64,000 nt of DNA from NCBI GenBank assembly GCA_963836205.1, contig CAWIIV010000007.1:192001-256000 (forward strand), read 5' to 3'. Each line of letters opens with the position of its first letter. Position 1 is the stretch's first letter. Both the position numbers and the translations under genes were made by a program. The stretch is from an uncultured Acidimicrobiia bacterium (GTDB lineage: Bacteria > Actinomycetota > Acidimicrobiia > Acidimicrobiales > AC-14). The notes below the pieces were generated by a model. That model did no database searches. It saw nothing but the letters and a program-made list of their open reading frames with translations, and was not told where the DNA came from. This document shows positions 18,414 through 31,509 of the stretch, one piece after another.

Positions 18414-21104
18414 ATGTCGATAGAGGTCTCTGAATCGGCTCTACAGGCGGAGGCCGAGCGCGCTCTCGCCTTCGCCACCAGTGATCCGCGACGCGCATCC
18501 AAGCTCGCCCAGGACGTGCTCATCCGAGCCCTCCCGGCCCGGGACTTCCGGGCCACGTCCCTTGCCGAGCGAACCCTCGGGATGGCGGCTCGGGAGTGTC
18601 ACGACCTGAGCGGGTCGGCGCTCCACCTGCGCCGGGCGGCGCGCATCGCCGAGCGGGCGGGCATGCCGCCGTGCGGCGCCGAGGCTCGACTCAGCCTTGC
18701 CGGGACGCTCGCGTTGCAGGGCAACTGGGCGGGAGCCAAGCGAGAGGTCGACCGTGCGGGCCGGGTCCTCCGGGGCGTGATGGCGGCCCGTGTGGAGACG
18801 CAGCGCGCCTATCTCCACCTTAACCAGGGCCATCTCGACGAAGCCCTGGAATGCTTCCGCCGCGCGCTCCCCGTGCTCCGTCGGGGCGGCGACCGGCTGG
18901 GAGAGGCTCACGCCCTGGCCCTTCGGGCGCTCGCCTACTTCATGAAGGGGGCGGTGGCGGCGGCCGAGGTCGACCTGCGCCAGGCCGAGGATCTCTACGT
19001 CGCCATCGGCGAGCGAGTGATGACCGTCGAGACCCGCCAGCATCTCGGGCTGGTCGTCGCGCTGCGGGGTGACATTCCCGAAGCACTGGCCGCCTTCGAC
19101 CGAGCGGAGGAGTATCTGCGCCACGGCGACGCAAGCGACGTGATGGGTCTGATCGACCGCAGCGAGGTGCTGCTCCGGGCCCGGCTGGTCGCCGAAGCCA
19201 GGACCGCCGCGGAGACGGCCGTCGGGGTGTTGGCGGACAAAGGTGGCAAGGCCTACCTGGCGATCGCACAGCTCCAGCTGGCGGAGGTGGCGCTGGTGCA
19301 GAACGACCTGGCGACGGCGCGGACCATGGCCGACCTGGCCCTGGCGACGTTCTCCAGACAGCGACGGACATCGTGGGCCACAATTGCGCGCTACCTGTCG
19401 GTGCGGGCTGCCTGGCTGTCTGGTGAACGGTCGCCCGCAGTTCTTGCCGCAGCGCGCGTCGCCGCCCGCCGGCTGGCGGCTGCCGGCTTCGCCACCGCCT
19501 CCTACGACGCCCGGCTCCTCGCCGCGCAGATCTCGCTCGACCAAGGGCGCCCCGAGGTCGCTCGCCAGGAGCTCGCACACGCCAGCTGCTCCAGCCGCCG
19601 GAGCCCGGTGCAGCTCCGCGTCCGGTCGTGGCACGCGCAGGCGATGCTCCGCCTCGCCGAGGGAAATCGGCCGGGCGCCGAGCGGGCCCTGCTCGCCGGC
19701 GTCCGACTGCTCGAGCGGTACCGCGCCGCCTTGGGCGCGACCGAGCTTCGAGCGCATGCCTCCGGGCACGGGGCCGACCTCGCCTGCCTCGGCATCACGC
19801 TGGCGATCAGCGACGAGAACCCCGAGCGGACACTGGCATGGATCGAACGGTGGCGAGCCGGTGCCGTGCGACTCCCGCCGGCACGGCCCCCGGACGACAA
19901 GCGTCTGGCCGACGAGCTGGGCGAGCTCCGAGCTGCGGTCACCGCGACGGATCTGGCAGCACTCGCCGGAAAGCCGACGGCCCGACTCCAGGCCCGTCAG
20001 GCAGGGCTCGAGAAGACGGTGCGGGACCTCGCCCGGCACGCCACCGGTCTCATGGCCGCGCTCGTGGTACCGACGCCGACGGTTCCGGAGCTGAAGCGAG
20101 CTGTCGGCGATCACGCCCTGATCGAGATCGTCGTTCACGAGGGTCTGCTGCATGCGGTGGTACTGGCGGGGGGCCGGGTCACACTGCATCAGCTTGGAGC
20201 CGCCCCCGAAGTCGAGTCGGAGGTGCGGCTGCTCAGGTACTCGCTCCGCCGGCTCGCATACGGGGGGGGCTCGGAGGCTGCCCTGGGAGCGGCGGGAAAT
20301 GCGGCGTCGTGGGGTGCCGACCGCCTCGATGCGATGCTTCTCGGTCCTCTCGCCGCGGACCTGGCCGACCGGCCCCTGGTCATCGTGCCGCCAGGTTGGC
20401 TTCACGTTGTCCCGTGGTCGCTCCTGCCGTCGTGCCACGGCCGTGCTGTGAGCGTCGCGCCATCGGCCGCCATGTGGCACAGAGCCGTCACCGCCGGCCG
20501 AGTCGCCGGCGTAGGTTCCCGCCCGGGAGCAGGTCGGGTTGCCCTGGTCGCCGGGCCCGGGCTCCTGCACGCGGTGCCCGAGGTGCTTGCGCTTGCTCGG
20601 CAATATCCACAGGCCAGTCGGCTGTCGGGCGCCAAGGCGACATGCGGGGCGGTCGCGGAGGCGCTCGACGGGGCCGAGCTGGCCCACGTCGCGTCGCATG
20701 GCCGGTTTCGCGCCGACAGCCCCATGTTCTCCTCGCTACAGCTCGCCGACGGCCCACTCACCGTCTACGACCTCGAGGCGTTGAAGGACGCTCCCAAGGT
20801 GCTGATCCTCTCGGCATGCGACTCCGGTTTGTCCGACGTGCAGCCCGGTGACGAGCTCATGGGGCTGGCTGCGGCCCTCTTCGCGCTCGGGACCCGCACG
20901 CTGATCGCCAGCGTGGCGCCCGTTCCTGACGGCGCCTCTCGCCGGTTGATGCGCGAACTCCATACCGGGCTGCGTGCCGGCCTCGACCCGGCTTCGGCCC
21001 TGGCCAGGGCCCAGACCCGCGTCGCCCCGACCGGGCCCGAGGGACGAGCCGCGGCCGCAGGGTTCGTCTGCTTCGGAGCGGGATCGACACCAAAGATCGG
21101 CTGA
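18414..21104 (+). CDS. TPR + CHAT (caspase-like) domain protein
   Basis: Long helical TPR-like region; C-terminal LAHVASHG ... LILSACDSG His/Cys dyad; FVCFG terminus. Confidence 0.9.
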   Translation: MSIEVSESALQAEAERALAFATSDPRRASKLAQDVLIRALPARDFRATSLAERTLGMAARECHDLSGSALHLRRAARIAERAGMPPCGAEARLSLAGTLALQGNWAGAKREVDRAGRVLRGVMAARVETQRAYLHLNQGHLDEALECFRRALPVLRRGGDRLGEAHALALRALAYFMKGAVAAAEVDLRQAEDLYVAIGERVMTVETRQHLGLVVALRGDIPEALAAFDRAEEYLRHGDASDVMGLIDRSEVLLRARLVAEARTAAETAVGVLADKGGKAYLAIAQLQLAEVALVQNDLATARTMADLALATFSRQRRTSWATIARYLSVRAAWLSGERSPAVLAAARVAARRLAAAGFATASYDARLLAAQISLDQGRPEVARQELAHASCSSRRSPVQLRVRSWHAQAMLRLAEGNRPGAERALLAGVRLLERYRAALGATELRAHASGHGADLACLGITLAISDENPERTLAWIERWRAGAVRLPPARPPDDKRLADELGELRAAVTATDLAALAGKPTARLQARQAGLEKTVRDLARHATGLMAALVVPTPTVPELKRAVGDHALIEIVVHEGLLHAVVLAGGRVTLHQLGAAPEVESEVRLLRYSLRRLAYGGGSEAALGAAGNAASWGADRLDAMLLGPLAADLADRPLVIVPPGWLHVVPWSLLPSCHGRAVSVAPSAAMWHRAVTAGRVAGVGSRPGAGRVALVAGPGLLHAVPEVLALARQYPQASRLSGAKATCGAVAEALDGAELAHVASHGRFRADSPMFSSLQLADGPLTVYDLEALKDAPKVLILSACDSGLSDVQPGDELMGLAAALFALGTRTLIASVAPVPDGASRRLMRELHTGLRAGLDPASALARAQTRVAPTGPEGRAAAAGFVCFGAGSTPKIG

Positions 21105-21443
21105 GGCTGAGTGTGGCGGGCGACGTGTTCTCGCGCCCGTCAGGCGGCGTACCGCCGGTTGGCCCGACGAAATGTCCCAAGGTCGTTGAATCGAACGCCG
21201 ACCGGATCCCGAGTGGTGTTGTTGGGGACGCCGACGGCTATTACCGGCCTTTGCATCACGCCGGTCACCCGGCTCTCCTTCGTAGGCGTCGCGACGTTCC
21301 TCAAGCCGTAGGCGGCGCCGGCCACGGGGGCGGCGCGGCCCTGCCGCCGACCGGGCAGGGCGCGCGGGACCGCCGTCCGGACACGCCGTCTCGGATGGGT
21401 CAGTCCCCGCGGGAGGCTGGCTCCGGCCGACGCCCCATCGCGG

Positions 21444-22301
21444 TCAGGTCTTCACGGCCACGATCATGAGGTAGCGGAAGCTCTCCTCGCGGTAGGCGGC
21501 GAGGAACGCGTCCTCGATCCCGGTCCGGACCGACGACTGCTGGCGGAACGCCCAGTAGGGGATGGTCTGGGGGGTTAGGTCGAGGACGCGGATCGGCACC
21601 AGATCGTTGGCCGCCAACGCCTTGAAGTAGGTGCTCTGGGCGTGGACGTTGCAGATGTAGTGGTTGTCGATGGTGGTCACCGCGTCCGACTTGGCCCCCA
21701 GGGCGTCGTTGTAGCAACCGGTGATGCACACGTACCTCCCGCGAGGGGCGAGGAGGCGGGCGAACTCCCGGTAGAGGTCGAACAGGTCGACGTACATGGT
21801 GGTCTCGTTGGTCCAGATGGCCCGGAAGTCGGCGTCGGGGAAGCGGGTGTCGAGCATGTTCCGCAGGTGGAACCGGACCCTGTCGCCGATGCCGCGCCGC
21901 GCCGCCTGGTCGTTGGCGAAGTCGGCCTGGTACTGGGAGATCGTCACGCCGTCGACCCGGCAGCCGAAGCGGGCGTTGGCCATGATGCTCGTGCCTCCCC
22001 GGCCCGAACCGGCGTCGAGCAGTCGGTCGTCCGGACCGATGGGCCCCAGGCTGTCGAGGAGGACGTCGGCCTGGGCGGTTTCCAAGCGGTGGAGCTCCCG
22101 GATGACCAGTTCGTCCCGGACGTCGGTGGGCGCGTCGAGCAGGGAAAGGTCCGGGTCGCCGAGTCCATAGTGGTGGTGGTAGATGTCGTCGACCTTGCCC
22201 AGCTCGAGGTTCACCGGGTCGTTGGTGTTGGTGTTCCAGTAGTTGGCGACATCACGCTGGTAGTCGGTGGTCAAGACCTGACTGAGGTTGCTGGTGGCCA
22301 T
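21444..22301 (-). CDS. Geranyl diphosphate 2-C-methyltransferase
   Basis: YQRDVANYWN, VNLELG, YHHHYG, ELHRLETAQ, LDAGSGRGG, NETTMYVDL; AAGGG RBS. Confidence 0.92.
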   Translation of the reverse strand: MATSNLSQVLTTDYQRDVANYWNTNTNDPVNLELGKVDDIYHHHYGLGDPDLSLLDAPTDVRDELVIRELHRLETAQADVLLDSLGPIGPDDRLLDAGSGRGGTSIMANARFGCRVDGVTISQYQADFANDQAARRGIGDRVRFHLRNMLDTRFPDADFRAIWTNETTMYVDLFDLYREFARLLAPRGRYVCITGCYNDALGAKSDAVTTIDNHYICNVHAQSTYFKALAANDLVPIRVLDLTPQTIPYWAFRQQSSVRTGIEDAFLAAYREESFRYLMIVAVKT

Positions 22302-22416
22302 CAGGGTTCTCCCCTTTCCAAGGTTGTGGGCACGTGGTCTCGAGGTGGGCCGGATCGCGCCGGCGGAGACGGTCCGCCGATCACGGATCGGGTGCGCCGC
22401 CGCGGCCGCGGCGGGC

Positions 22417-22956
22417 TCACGGCCGGGCGCTGCGCCCGCCGAGCGCCTCGAACGATCGCCGCAGGACCTCGGCCGCCCACGGGGCACCGGCGGGCGACGT
22501 CACCAGCCGCATGGCGTCGGCGAAGGGCACGCGGGCGACCTCGTCGATCTCGGCCGGATCGGCCGCTACCTCCGCAGTCTCCGCCACCGCCACGAACACG
22601 TGGTCGTGTTCCCACTCGACGATGCCCGACGCCTCGTCCTCCGCCCGATAGACGAAGGAGCCGGCGGGCACGAGGCCGGACACGACCAGCCCCATCTCCT
22701 GGCAGGCCCGGCGGGCGGCGGCGTCGGCCGGGTTCTCCCCCGGCGAGGGGTGGGTGCAGCAGGTGTTCGCCCAGCGGCCGGGGAACGTCAGCTTGGACGC
22801 CGCCCGCCGCTGGAGCAGCCACCGGCCGGTTGGGTCCACCACCTGGAGGGACACCGCCAGGTGCAGGACGCCGGGAGCCGTGTGGGCAACGCTCCTCGCC
22901 ACCGCCGAGAGCGGGTCGAGGTCGGCACCGAGGGCGACGACCATCTGCTCGGTCAT
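22417..22956 (-). CDS. idi: Type 1 isopentenyl-diphosphate delta-isomerase
   Basis: HLAVS, LLQRRAASKLTFPGRWANTCCTHP, EWEHDHVF. Confidence 0.9.
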   Translation of the reverse strand: MTEQMVVALGADLDPLSAVARSVAHTAPGVLHLAVSLQVVDPTGRWLLQRRAASKLTFPGRWANTCCTHPSPGENPADAAARRACQEMGLVVSGLVPAGSFVYRAEDEASGIVEWEHDHVFVAVAETAEVAADPAEIDEVARVPFADAMRLVTSPAGAPWAAEVLRRSFEALGGRSARP

Positions 22957-24872
22957 CGGGGAACCGCCACTGCTCGCCCGGGCAGGGCCGCCAGCACCGA
23001 ACCGGCGATCCCGGGACCGTCAAGGCCGAGTTCCGCCAGGATGCGATCGGGGTGGCCGTGAGGAATGTACGAGTCGGGAACCCCGAGCACGAGGACCGTA
23101 GGGCGGGGGCGGCCGGCGACCGGCGCGTGGGCGGCCAGGCAGAGGGCGGCGGTCGCGCCGGCGCCGCCCTGCCGCGCCCCGTCCTCCACCGTGACCACCA
23201 GCCCATGGGCGGCGGCGTCGTCGAGCATGGCCGGGTCGAGGGGCTTCACCGCCCGCACGTCCCACACCGAGGACGCCACCCCTTCGTCGGCCAGGAGGCG
23301 GGCCGCCTCCTCGGCCGGGCGCAGCATCTTGCCCACGGCCAGGAAGCACACATCGCGTCCCCGGCGGACGCGGCGGGCGTGGCAGCCGTGGCCCACCCGC
23401 CCGAAGGGAGCGGCCGGGGCCGGGCCCTTCGGGTAGCGGATGGCGACCGGCCCGTCGAGGGAGAGGGCGTGGTCGAGCATCCCCGGCAGCTCGTCGGCCG
23501 ACGAGGGGGCGAGGATCGTCATGCCCGGAACCAGTTGGAGGAGTGCGAGGTCGAGCACGCCGTGGTGCGAAGGTCCGTCGTCACCGGTGATCCCGGCCCG
23601 GTCGATGCAGAACACCACCGGCAGCCGGTGGAGGCCGACGTCGAGATTCACCTGGTCGGTGGCCCGGGTGAGGAACGTCGAGTACACCGCGACGACCGGC
23701 CGCAGCCCGCCCATGGCCATGCCCGCGGCGGCGGTGACGGCGTGCTGCTCGGCGATGCCGACGTCGACCACGCGCTCCGGCCACCGCTCCTGGAACGGTC
23801 GTAGCCCGGTTGGACCGGCCATGGCCGCGGTGATGGCCATGAGGTCGGGCCGGCGCTCGCCGAGGTCGACCATCGCCCGGGCGAACACCTCGGTGTAGCC
23901 GGAGGGCACCCAGGGCGGGGGGCCGTGGGCCACGTCGAAAATGGGTGCGTCGTGAAGGCACCGCTCACGATCGTCCTCGGCCGGACCGTACCCCTGCCCC
24001 TTCCGGGTGAGCACATGCACGACGATCGGCCCGTCGTGCTCCGCGGCGAGGCCGAGGATGCGCTCCAGGCCGGCCAGGTCGTGACCGTCGACCGGGCCTA
24101 CGTAGCGGATGCCCAGGTCCTCGAAGAACCCGTCGGGGCTGACGGTCACCTCCCGCGCCGCGGCCCTGACCCCGTCGAGGCCGCGGTCGAGGTACTCGCC
24201 GATCCCGGGCACGCCCCGCGCCGCCCGGTGCAACCAGTCCCGCTGCCTGACGTAGGTCGGGCTGAGGCGCAGCCGGGTCAAACCCGAGGCGAGGCGGCCG
24301 ACGGTGGGGGCGTAGGAGCGGCCGTTGTCGTTGAGCACGATCAAGACCCGGGTCTGGCTGTGGCCCAGGTTGTTCAGCGCCTCGTAGGCCATGCCCCCGG
24401 TCATGGAGCCGTCGCCGACCACGGCCACGATGCGACGGGTCGGGTCGGTATGGGGGCCGTCATGCAGCCGAAAGGCGGTGCCCAGACCGTGGGCGTAGCC
24501 GAGGATGGTGGATGCGTGGCTGTTCTCGACCCAGTCGTGCTCCGACTCCGCCCGGCACGGGTAGCCCGACAGCCCGCCCGCCTGACGGAGGCGATCGAAC
24601 CCCGCCTGCCGGCCAGTCACGATCTTGTGGACGTAGGCCTGGTGGCCGGTGTCCCAGAGGATGACGTCACGAGGCGAGTCGAAGACCCGGTGCAGTGCGA
24701 GGGTGAGCTCGACCACGCCCAGGTTCGAGCCGAGGTGGCCGCCGTGGACGGCCACCGAGCGGACGATGAACTGGCGGATCTCGGCGGCCAGGCCCGCCAG
24801 TTGCTCCGGTCGCAGGCCCCGGAGGTCGGAGGGACCCTTGATCGCTTCCAGGGGCACGGACGGGGCCGTCAC
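22953..24872 (-). CDS. dxs: 1-deoxy-D-xylulose-5-phosphate synthase
   Basis: GGHLGSNLG, WDTGHQAYVHK, GDGSMTGGMAYEALNN, DVGIAEQH, DRAGITGDDGPSHHG. Confidence 0.96.
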   Translation of the reverse strand: MTAPSVPLEAIKGPSDLRGLRPEQLAGLAAEIRQFIVRSVAVHGGHLGSNLGVVELTLALHRVFDSPRDVILWDTGHQAYVHKIVTGRQAGFDRLRQAGGLSGYPCRAESEHDWVENSHASTILGYAHGLGTAFRLHDGPHTDPTRRIVAVVGDGSMTGGMAYEALNNLGHSQTRVLIVLNDNGRSYAPTVGRLASGLTRLRLSPTYVRQRDWLHRAARGVPGIGEYLDRGLDGVRAAAREVTVSPDGFFEDLGIRYVGPVDGHDLAGLERILGLAAEHDGPIVVHVLTRKGQGYGPAEDDRERCLHDAPIFDVAHGPPPWVPSGYTEVFARAMVDLGERRPDLMAITAAMAGPTGLRPFQERWPERVVDVGIAEQHAVTAAAGMAMGGLRPVVAVYSTFLTRATDQVNLDVGLHRLPVVFCIDRAGITGDDGPSHHGVLDLALLQLVPGMTILAPSSADELPGMLDHALSLDGPVAIRYPKGPAPAAPFGRVGHGCHARRVRRGRDVCFLAVGKMLRPAEEAARLLADEGVASSVWDVRAVKPLDPAMLDDAAAHGLVVTVEDGARQGGAGATAALCLAAHAPVAGRPRPTVLVLGVPDSYIPHGHPDRILAELGLDGPGIAGSVLAALPGRAVAVPR

Positions 24873-25924
24873 CGGTCGCGCCGGACCACGAGCTCCGCCA
24901 GCTTGCCCAGTTCGGCCCGAGGCCGCGCCAACGGTCCGGCCGCGTCCAGGTCGTCGAGGGCGGCCGCCAGGAGCCGGTCGACCTCGGCCAGGCTCCAGGC
25001 CCGGCCGCCGGCCGCATCCACCAGTTCCGCCGCCCGCCCGAGGTCGTCGTCGGCCATGGGCTCGTGACCGCGGTACAGCTCGGCCAGCTCAGCGCCGGCG
25101 GGAGAGCCCGACGTGAGGGCGGCCATCACCGGGAGCGACTTCTTGCGCCGGGCCAGATCGGCATGCACCGGCTTGCCCGTGACCGACGGGTCGCCCCAGA
25201 TGCCCAGCAGGTCGTCGACGTGCTGGAACGCGAGGCCGAGCTGCTCACCGAAACTGCGGAAGCGCTCGACGGCCTGAGGGCCGGCCCCGCCAAAACCGGC
25301 GCCCAGGGCGCAGGCCACGCCGATCAGGGCCGAGGTCTTCTTCTGGGCCATGCTCACGACCTCGGGCAGGGCCACGTCGTCCCGGGACTCGAAGGCGAGG
25401 TCGGCGATCTGGCCGTCGGTGAGAGCAAGCACGGCCTTGCTCAACGAGCTCACGCTGTCGCGAGCGGCGGCGTGCCCGCTGTTGGCCAGGACGCGGAGGC
25501 CGAGCGCCAGCAGGGCGTCGCCGACGAGGATCGCCTCGCCGATGCCGAAGACGGTCCACGCCGTCGGCCGGTGGCGCCGGGTCTCGTCGGCGTCCATGAC
25601 GTCGTCGTGGAGCAGGGAGAACTCGTGGACCAGGCCGATGGCCACCGCGGCCGGGATCGCGGCCTGGGCCCGACCCCCGGCCGCCTCGGCCGTCACCAGG
25701 ACGAGGGCCGACCGGAATCCCTTGCCCCCGATGCCCGGCGTCGGGGTGCCGTCGGCGTCCCACCAGCCGAACTGGTAGCCCGCGACCCGCCGAATCGACG
25801 GCGGCAGGCTGTCGACCGCCTCCCGGGCCGCCGGTTCCACCAGCCGGTTGGCCTCGTCCAGGACCTGGCGCACCGGACGGGCTTGTTCCAGAGCCGGCGG
25901 GCGTAGGCGGGCGGGCATGCCCAT
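24869..25924 (-). CDS. Polyprenyl synthetase (GPP/FPP synthase; family 2B encapsulin cargo-type)
   Basis: GGKGFR, FSLLHDDVMD..RRHRPT, KKT, FQHVDDLLGIWG, KKSLP. Start overlaps the shell stop codon. Confidence 0.92.
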   Translation of the reverse strand: MGMPARLRPPALEQARPVRQVLDEANRLVEPAAREAVDSLPPSIRRVAGYQFGWWDADGTPTPGIGGKGFRSALVLVTAEAAGGRAQAAIPAAVAIGLVHEFSLLHDDVMDADETRRHRPTAWTVFGIGEAILVGDALLALGLRVLANSGHAAARDSVSSLSKAVLALTDGQIADLAFESRDDVALPEVVSMAQKKTSALIGVACALGAGFGGAGPQAVERFRSFGEQLGLAFQHVDDLLGIWGDPSVTGKPVHADLARRKKSLPVMAALTSGSPAGAELAELYRGHEPMADDDLGRAAELVDAAGGRAWSLAEVDRLLAAALDDLDAAGPLARPRAELGKLAELVVRRDR

Positions 25925-27351
25925 CAGCGACCGATCTCCACGTTCTCGAGCACACCCAGGGCGTCGGGGACGAGAACGGCCACCGAGAAGTAGGTGCTGA
26001 CGAGGTAAGCGAGGACCGCCTTCTCGTTGATCCCCATGAACCGGGCGTTCAGCCCGGGCTCGACCTCGTCGGGGAGGCCGGTCTGGCGCAGGCCCACGAC
26101 GCCCTGGTCGTCCTCGCCGACCCGCATGCACAGCACGGAACTGGTCTGTTGCTCGGTGACGGGGATCTTGTTGCACGACAGGATGGGGACACCCCGCCAG
26201 GCGGGGACCAGCCGCCCGTCGACGTCGACCGGCTCCGGATACACACCACGGCGGTTGCACTCCCGGCCGAAGGCGGCGATGGTCCGGGCGTGGGCGAAGA
26301 GGAACTTCGCCTTGCGGCGGCGGGAGATGAGCTCGTCGAAGTCGTCCGGCGTCGGGGGGCCGGTGCGGGTCTGGATGCGCTGGGACAGGTCGGCGTTGTG
26401 GAGCAGGCCGAAGCTGCGGTTGTTGACCATCTCGTTCTCCTGGCGCTCCCGCAGGGCCTCGATGGTCAGGCGCAGCTGTTGCTCGGTCTGGTTCATGGGG
26501 TTGTTGTAGAGATCCGCCACCCGGGTGTGGACCCGCAGCACGGTCTGGGCCACGCTCAGCTCGTACTCCCGGGGGCTGGCCTCGTAGTCGACGAAGGTGC
26601 CGGGCAGCTCGGGCTCGCCCTCGTGTCCCGCGGCCAGCTCGATGGCGGCCTCGCCGTGGCGGTTCTGGGGCCGGGCCTGGCCGGCGGTGTAGGCCGCGAT
26701 GTGGGCGGCCAGGGCGGGCGAGGTGGCCACCACCGACTCGAAGGCGTCCTGGCTGAGCGTCAGGGCGATGACCGGCGTCACCGCCCGGGCGGTGAAGTCC
26801 CACGTGTCCTGGGACTCGACCAGGGCGGTGTAGGTGAAGTGCTCCCCGTCGGCCAGGGTGCCCAGCACCGTGTCCTCGCCGTACTTGCCGGCGCCGATCT
26901 TCTCCACCTTGCCGTGGGCGATGAGGCAGATCGAGTCGGCCGGCTCGCCCCGGGACACGATGACCTCGCCGGGGGCGTACTCCCGCTGCACGAAGCGGTC
27001 GGCCAGGGCGGCCAGCACCTCGTCGTCGTCGAAGGAGCGCAGCCCGGCCAGCTCCCGCAGCTCCTGGGGCACGACCCGGACCTCGGCCCCGGTGGAGATG
27101 AACGTCACCCGGCCGTCGCCCACCGAGTAGGTGAGGCGGCGGTTGACCCGGTAGCGGCCACCGGAGACCTCGACCCAAGGCAGCACCCGCAGCAGCCAGC
27201 GGGAGGAGATCTCCCGCATCTGGGGCGGGGTCTTGGTGGTGGTGGCCAGGTTGGCCGCGGCCTTGGTCGACAGGCTCATCTGGTCGCCGTTGGGACCGGT
27301 CGGGTCGTGCCCGTTCTGGGCCGCCAGGTCGGTCAGGGTGGTGTCGCTCAC
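25924..27351 (-). CDS. Family 2B encapsulin shell protein with cNMP-binding domain (copy A)
   Basis: [27 protein letters not shown], inserted cNMP domain, [49 protein letters not shown]. Confidence 0.92.
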   Translation of the reverse strand: MSDTTLTDLAAQNGHDPTGPNGDQMSLSTKAAANLATTTKTPPQMREISSRWLLRVLPWVEVSGGRYRVNRRLTYSVGDGRVTFISTGAEVRVVPQELRELAGLRSFDDDEVLAALADRFVQREYAPGEVIVSRGEPADSICLIAHGKVEKIGAGKYGEDTVLGTLADGEHFTYTALVESQDTWDFTARAVTPVIALTLSQDAFESVVATSPALAAHIAAYTAGQARPQNRHGEAAIELAAGHEGEPELPGTFVDYEASPREYELSVAQTVLRVHTRVADLYNNPMNQTEQQLRLTIEALRERQENEMVNNRSFGLLHNADLSQRIQTRTGPPTPDDFDELISRRRKAKFLFAHARTIAAFGRECNRRGVYPEPVDVDGRLVPAWRGVPILSCNKIPVTEQQTSSVLCMRVGEDDQGVVGLRQTGLPDEVEPGLNARFMGINEKAVLAYLVSTYFSVAVLVPDALGVLENVEIGR

Positions 27352-27370
27352 AGATCAGTCCTCCAGTCCC
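26334..27370. repeat. 1,037-bp direct repeat, copy 1 (shell gene 5' two-thirds plus RBS)
   Basis: Matches 30095..31131 (offset 3,761) apart from three substitutions seen by eye. Confidence 0.9.
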
Positions 27371-27392
27371 GAACCAGCCGGGAGATCAGCGG

Positions 27393-29675
<2,283 letters not shown>

Positions 29676-31112
29676 TCAGGCCTCGAAGTGACCGAGCTCG
29701 ACGTTCTCCAGGATGGCGAGCGCGTCCGGCACCAGGACGGCGGCCGAGAAGTAGGTCGTGACGAGGTAGGAGATGATCGCCTTCTCGTTGATGCCCATGA
29801 ACCGCACGTTGAGGCCCGGTTGGTACTCGTCGGGCAGACCGGTCTGTTGCAGCCCCACCACGCCCTGGTCGGGCTCCCCCATGCGCATGCACATCACCGA
29901 GCTGGTGCGGGCCGGGCTGATCCCGATCTTGTTGCACGGCAGCACCGGCACCCCCCGCCAGGCGGGGACCTTCTGGCCGGCCATGTCGACGGCCTGCGGG
30001 TAGACGCCGCGGCGGGTGCACTCCCGGCCGAAGGCGGCGATAGCGCGGGGGTGGGCGAAGAAGAAGGCCGCGTCACGGACGTTGGCCAGCAGTCCGTCGA
30101 AGTCGTCCGGCGTCGGGGGGCCGGTGCGGGTCTGGATGCGCTGGGACAGGTCGGCGTTGTGGAGCAGGCCGAAGCTACGGTTGTTGACCATCTCGTTCTC
30201 CTGGCGCTCCCGCAGGGCCTCGATGGTCAGGCGCAGCTGTTGCTCGGTCTGGTTCATGGGGTTGTTGTAGAGATCCGCCACCCGGGTGTGGACCCGCAGC
30301 ACGGTCTGGGCCACGCTCAGCTCGTACTCCCGGGGGCTGGCCTCGTAGTCGACGAAGGTGCCGGGCAGCTCGGGCTCGCCCTCGTGTCCCGCGGCCAGCT
30401 CGATGGCGGCCTCGCCGTGGCGGTTCTGGGGCCGGGCCTGGCCGGCGGTGTAGGCCGCGATGTGGGCGGCCAGGGCGGGCGAGGTGGCCACCACCGACTC
30501 GAAGGCGTCCTGGCTGAGCGTCAGGGCGATGACCGGCGTCACCGCCCGGGCGGTGAAGTCCCACGTGTCCTGGGACTCGACCAGGGCGGTGTAGGTGAAG
30601 TGCTCCCCGTCGGCCAGGGTGCCCAGCACCGTGTCCTCGCCGTACTTGCCGGCGCCGATCCTCTCCACCTTGCCGTGGGCGATGAGGCAGATCGAGTCGG
30701 CCGGCTCGCCCCGGGACACGATGACCTCGCCGGGGGCGTACTCCCGCTGCACGAAGCGGTCGGCCAGGGCGGCCAGCACCTCGTCGTCGTCGAAGGACCG
30801 CAGCCCGGCCAGCTCCCGCAGCTCCTGGGGCACGACCCGGACCTCGGCCCCGGTGGAGATGAACGTCACCCGGCCGTCGCCCACCGAGTAGGTGAGGCGG
30901 CGGTTGACCCGGTAGCGGCCACCGGAGACCTCGACCCAAGGCAGCACCCGCAGCAGCCAGCGGGAGGAGATCTCCCGCATCTGGGGCGGGGTCTTGGTGG
31001 TGGTGGCCAGGTTGGCCGCGGCCTTGGTCGACAGGCTCATCTGGTCGCCGTTGGGACCGGTCGGGTCGTGCCCGTTCTGGGCCGCCAGGTCGGTCAGGGT
31101 GGTGTCGCTCAC
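29676..31112 (-). CDS. Family 2B encapsulin shell protein with cNMP-binding domain (copy B)
   Basis: Same motifs as copy A with a divergent C-terminal ~140 aa; GGAGG RBS. Confidence 0.92.
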   Translation of the reverse strand: MSDTTLTDLAAQNGHDPTGPNGDQMSLSTKAAANLATTTKTPPQMREISSRWLLRVLPWVEVSGGRYRVNRRLTYSVGDGRVTFISTGAEVRVVPQELRELAGLRSFDDDEVLAALADRFVQREYAPGEVIVSRGEPADSICLIAHGKVERIGAGKYGEDTVLGTLADGEHFTYTALVESQDTWDFTARAVTPVIALTLSQDAFESVVATSPALAAHIAAYTAGQARPQNRHGEAAIELAAGHEGEPELPGTFVDYEASPREYELSVAQTVLRVHTRVADLYNNPMNQTEQQLRLTIEALRERQENEMVNNRSFGLLHNADLSQRIQTRTGPPTPDDFDGLLANVRDAAFFFAHPRAIAAFGRECTRRGVYPQAVDMAGQKVPAWRGVPVLPCNKIGISPARTSSVMCMRMGEPDQGVVGLQQTGLPDEYQPGLNVRFMGINEKAIISYLVTTYFSAAVLVPDALAILENVELGHFEA

Positions 31113-31131
31113 AGATCAGTCCTCCAGTCCC
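30095..31131. repeat. 1,037-bp direct repeat, copy 2
   Basis: Counterpart of 26334..27370. Confidence 0.9.
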
Positions 31132-31283
31132 CAGCGGATTGGTAAGAACACTTCGGTTTTTTCATGACGGTCCGCGGGGCCGAGGAAGGTCGGATGGTTC
31201 ACCCGGAGTTGCACGCCGACACGCCCCGGATGCCGCTCCCCGTGACCGTACAAAGGGGCCCCGGACGTTCGTCACACGTAACG

Positions 31284-31335
31284 CCGTAGTCCTGATGGGT
31301 GGTGCCGGCGACCCTACGGAGACCCGTTCCGTAGG
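31284..31335. promoter_or_regulatory. CTACGG-type inverted repeats upstream of shell copy B
   Basis: CCGTAGTCCTG at 31284; CCTACGGA-N7-TCCGTAGG at 31313-31335. Confidence 0.45.
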
Positions 31336-31509
31336 CTTCGTGGGCTGTCCCGGCGGTCGCTGCCGGACGGCCGCGCTCGGGAGGGCAGCGTGTCGGGTGG
31401 GAGGAGGTGGAACTGGGGCGCCCGCGCCGCCGCCCCGTGCCGAGACCAGCGGGCCCCAGACCTGTCGAGCCGGCCAGGGAGGACTCTTCGGGCTCGGAAG
31501 GAGGACGTG

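Noticed and set aside
21105-21443. Short ORFs between the CHAT and methyltransferase genes
   Set aside because: No RBS or motif support; probably a convergent terminator region.
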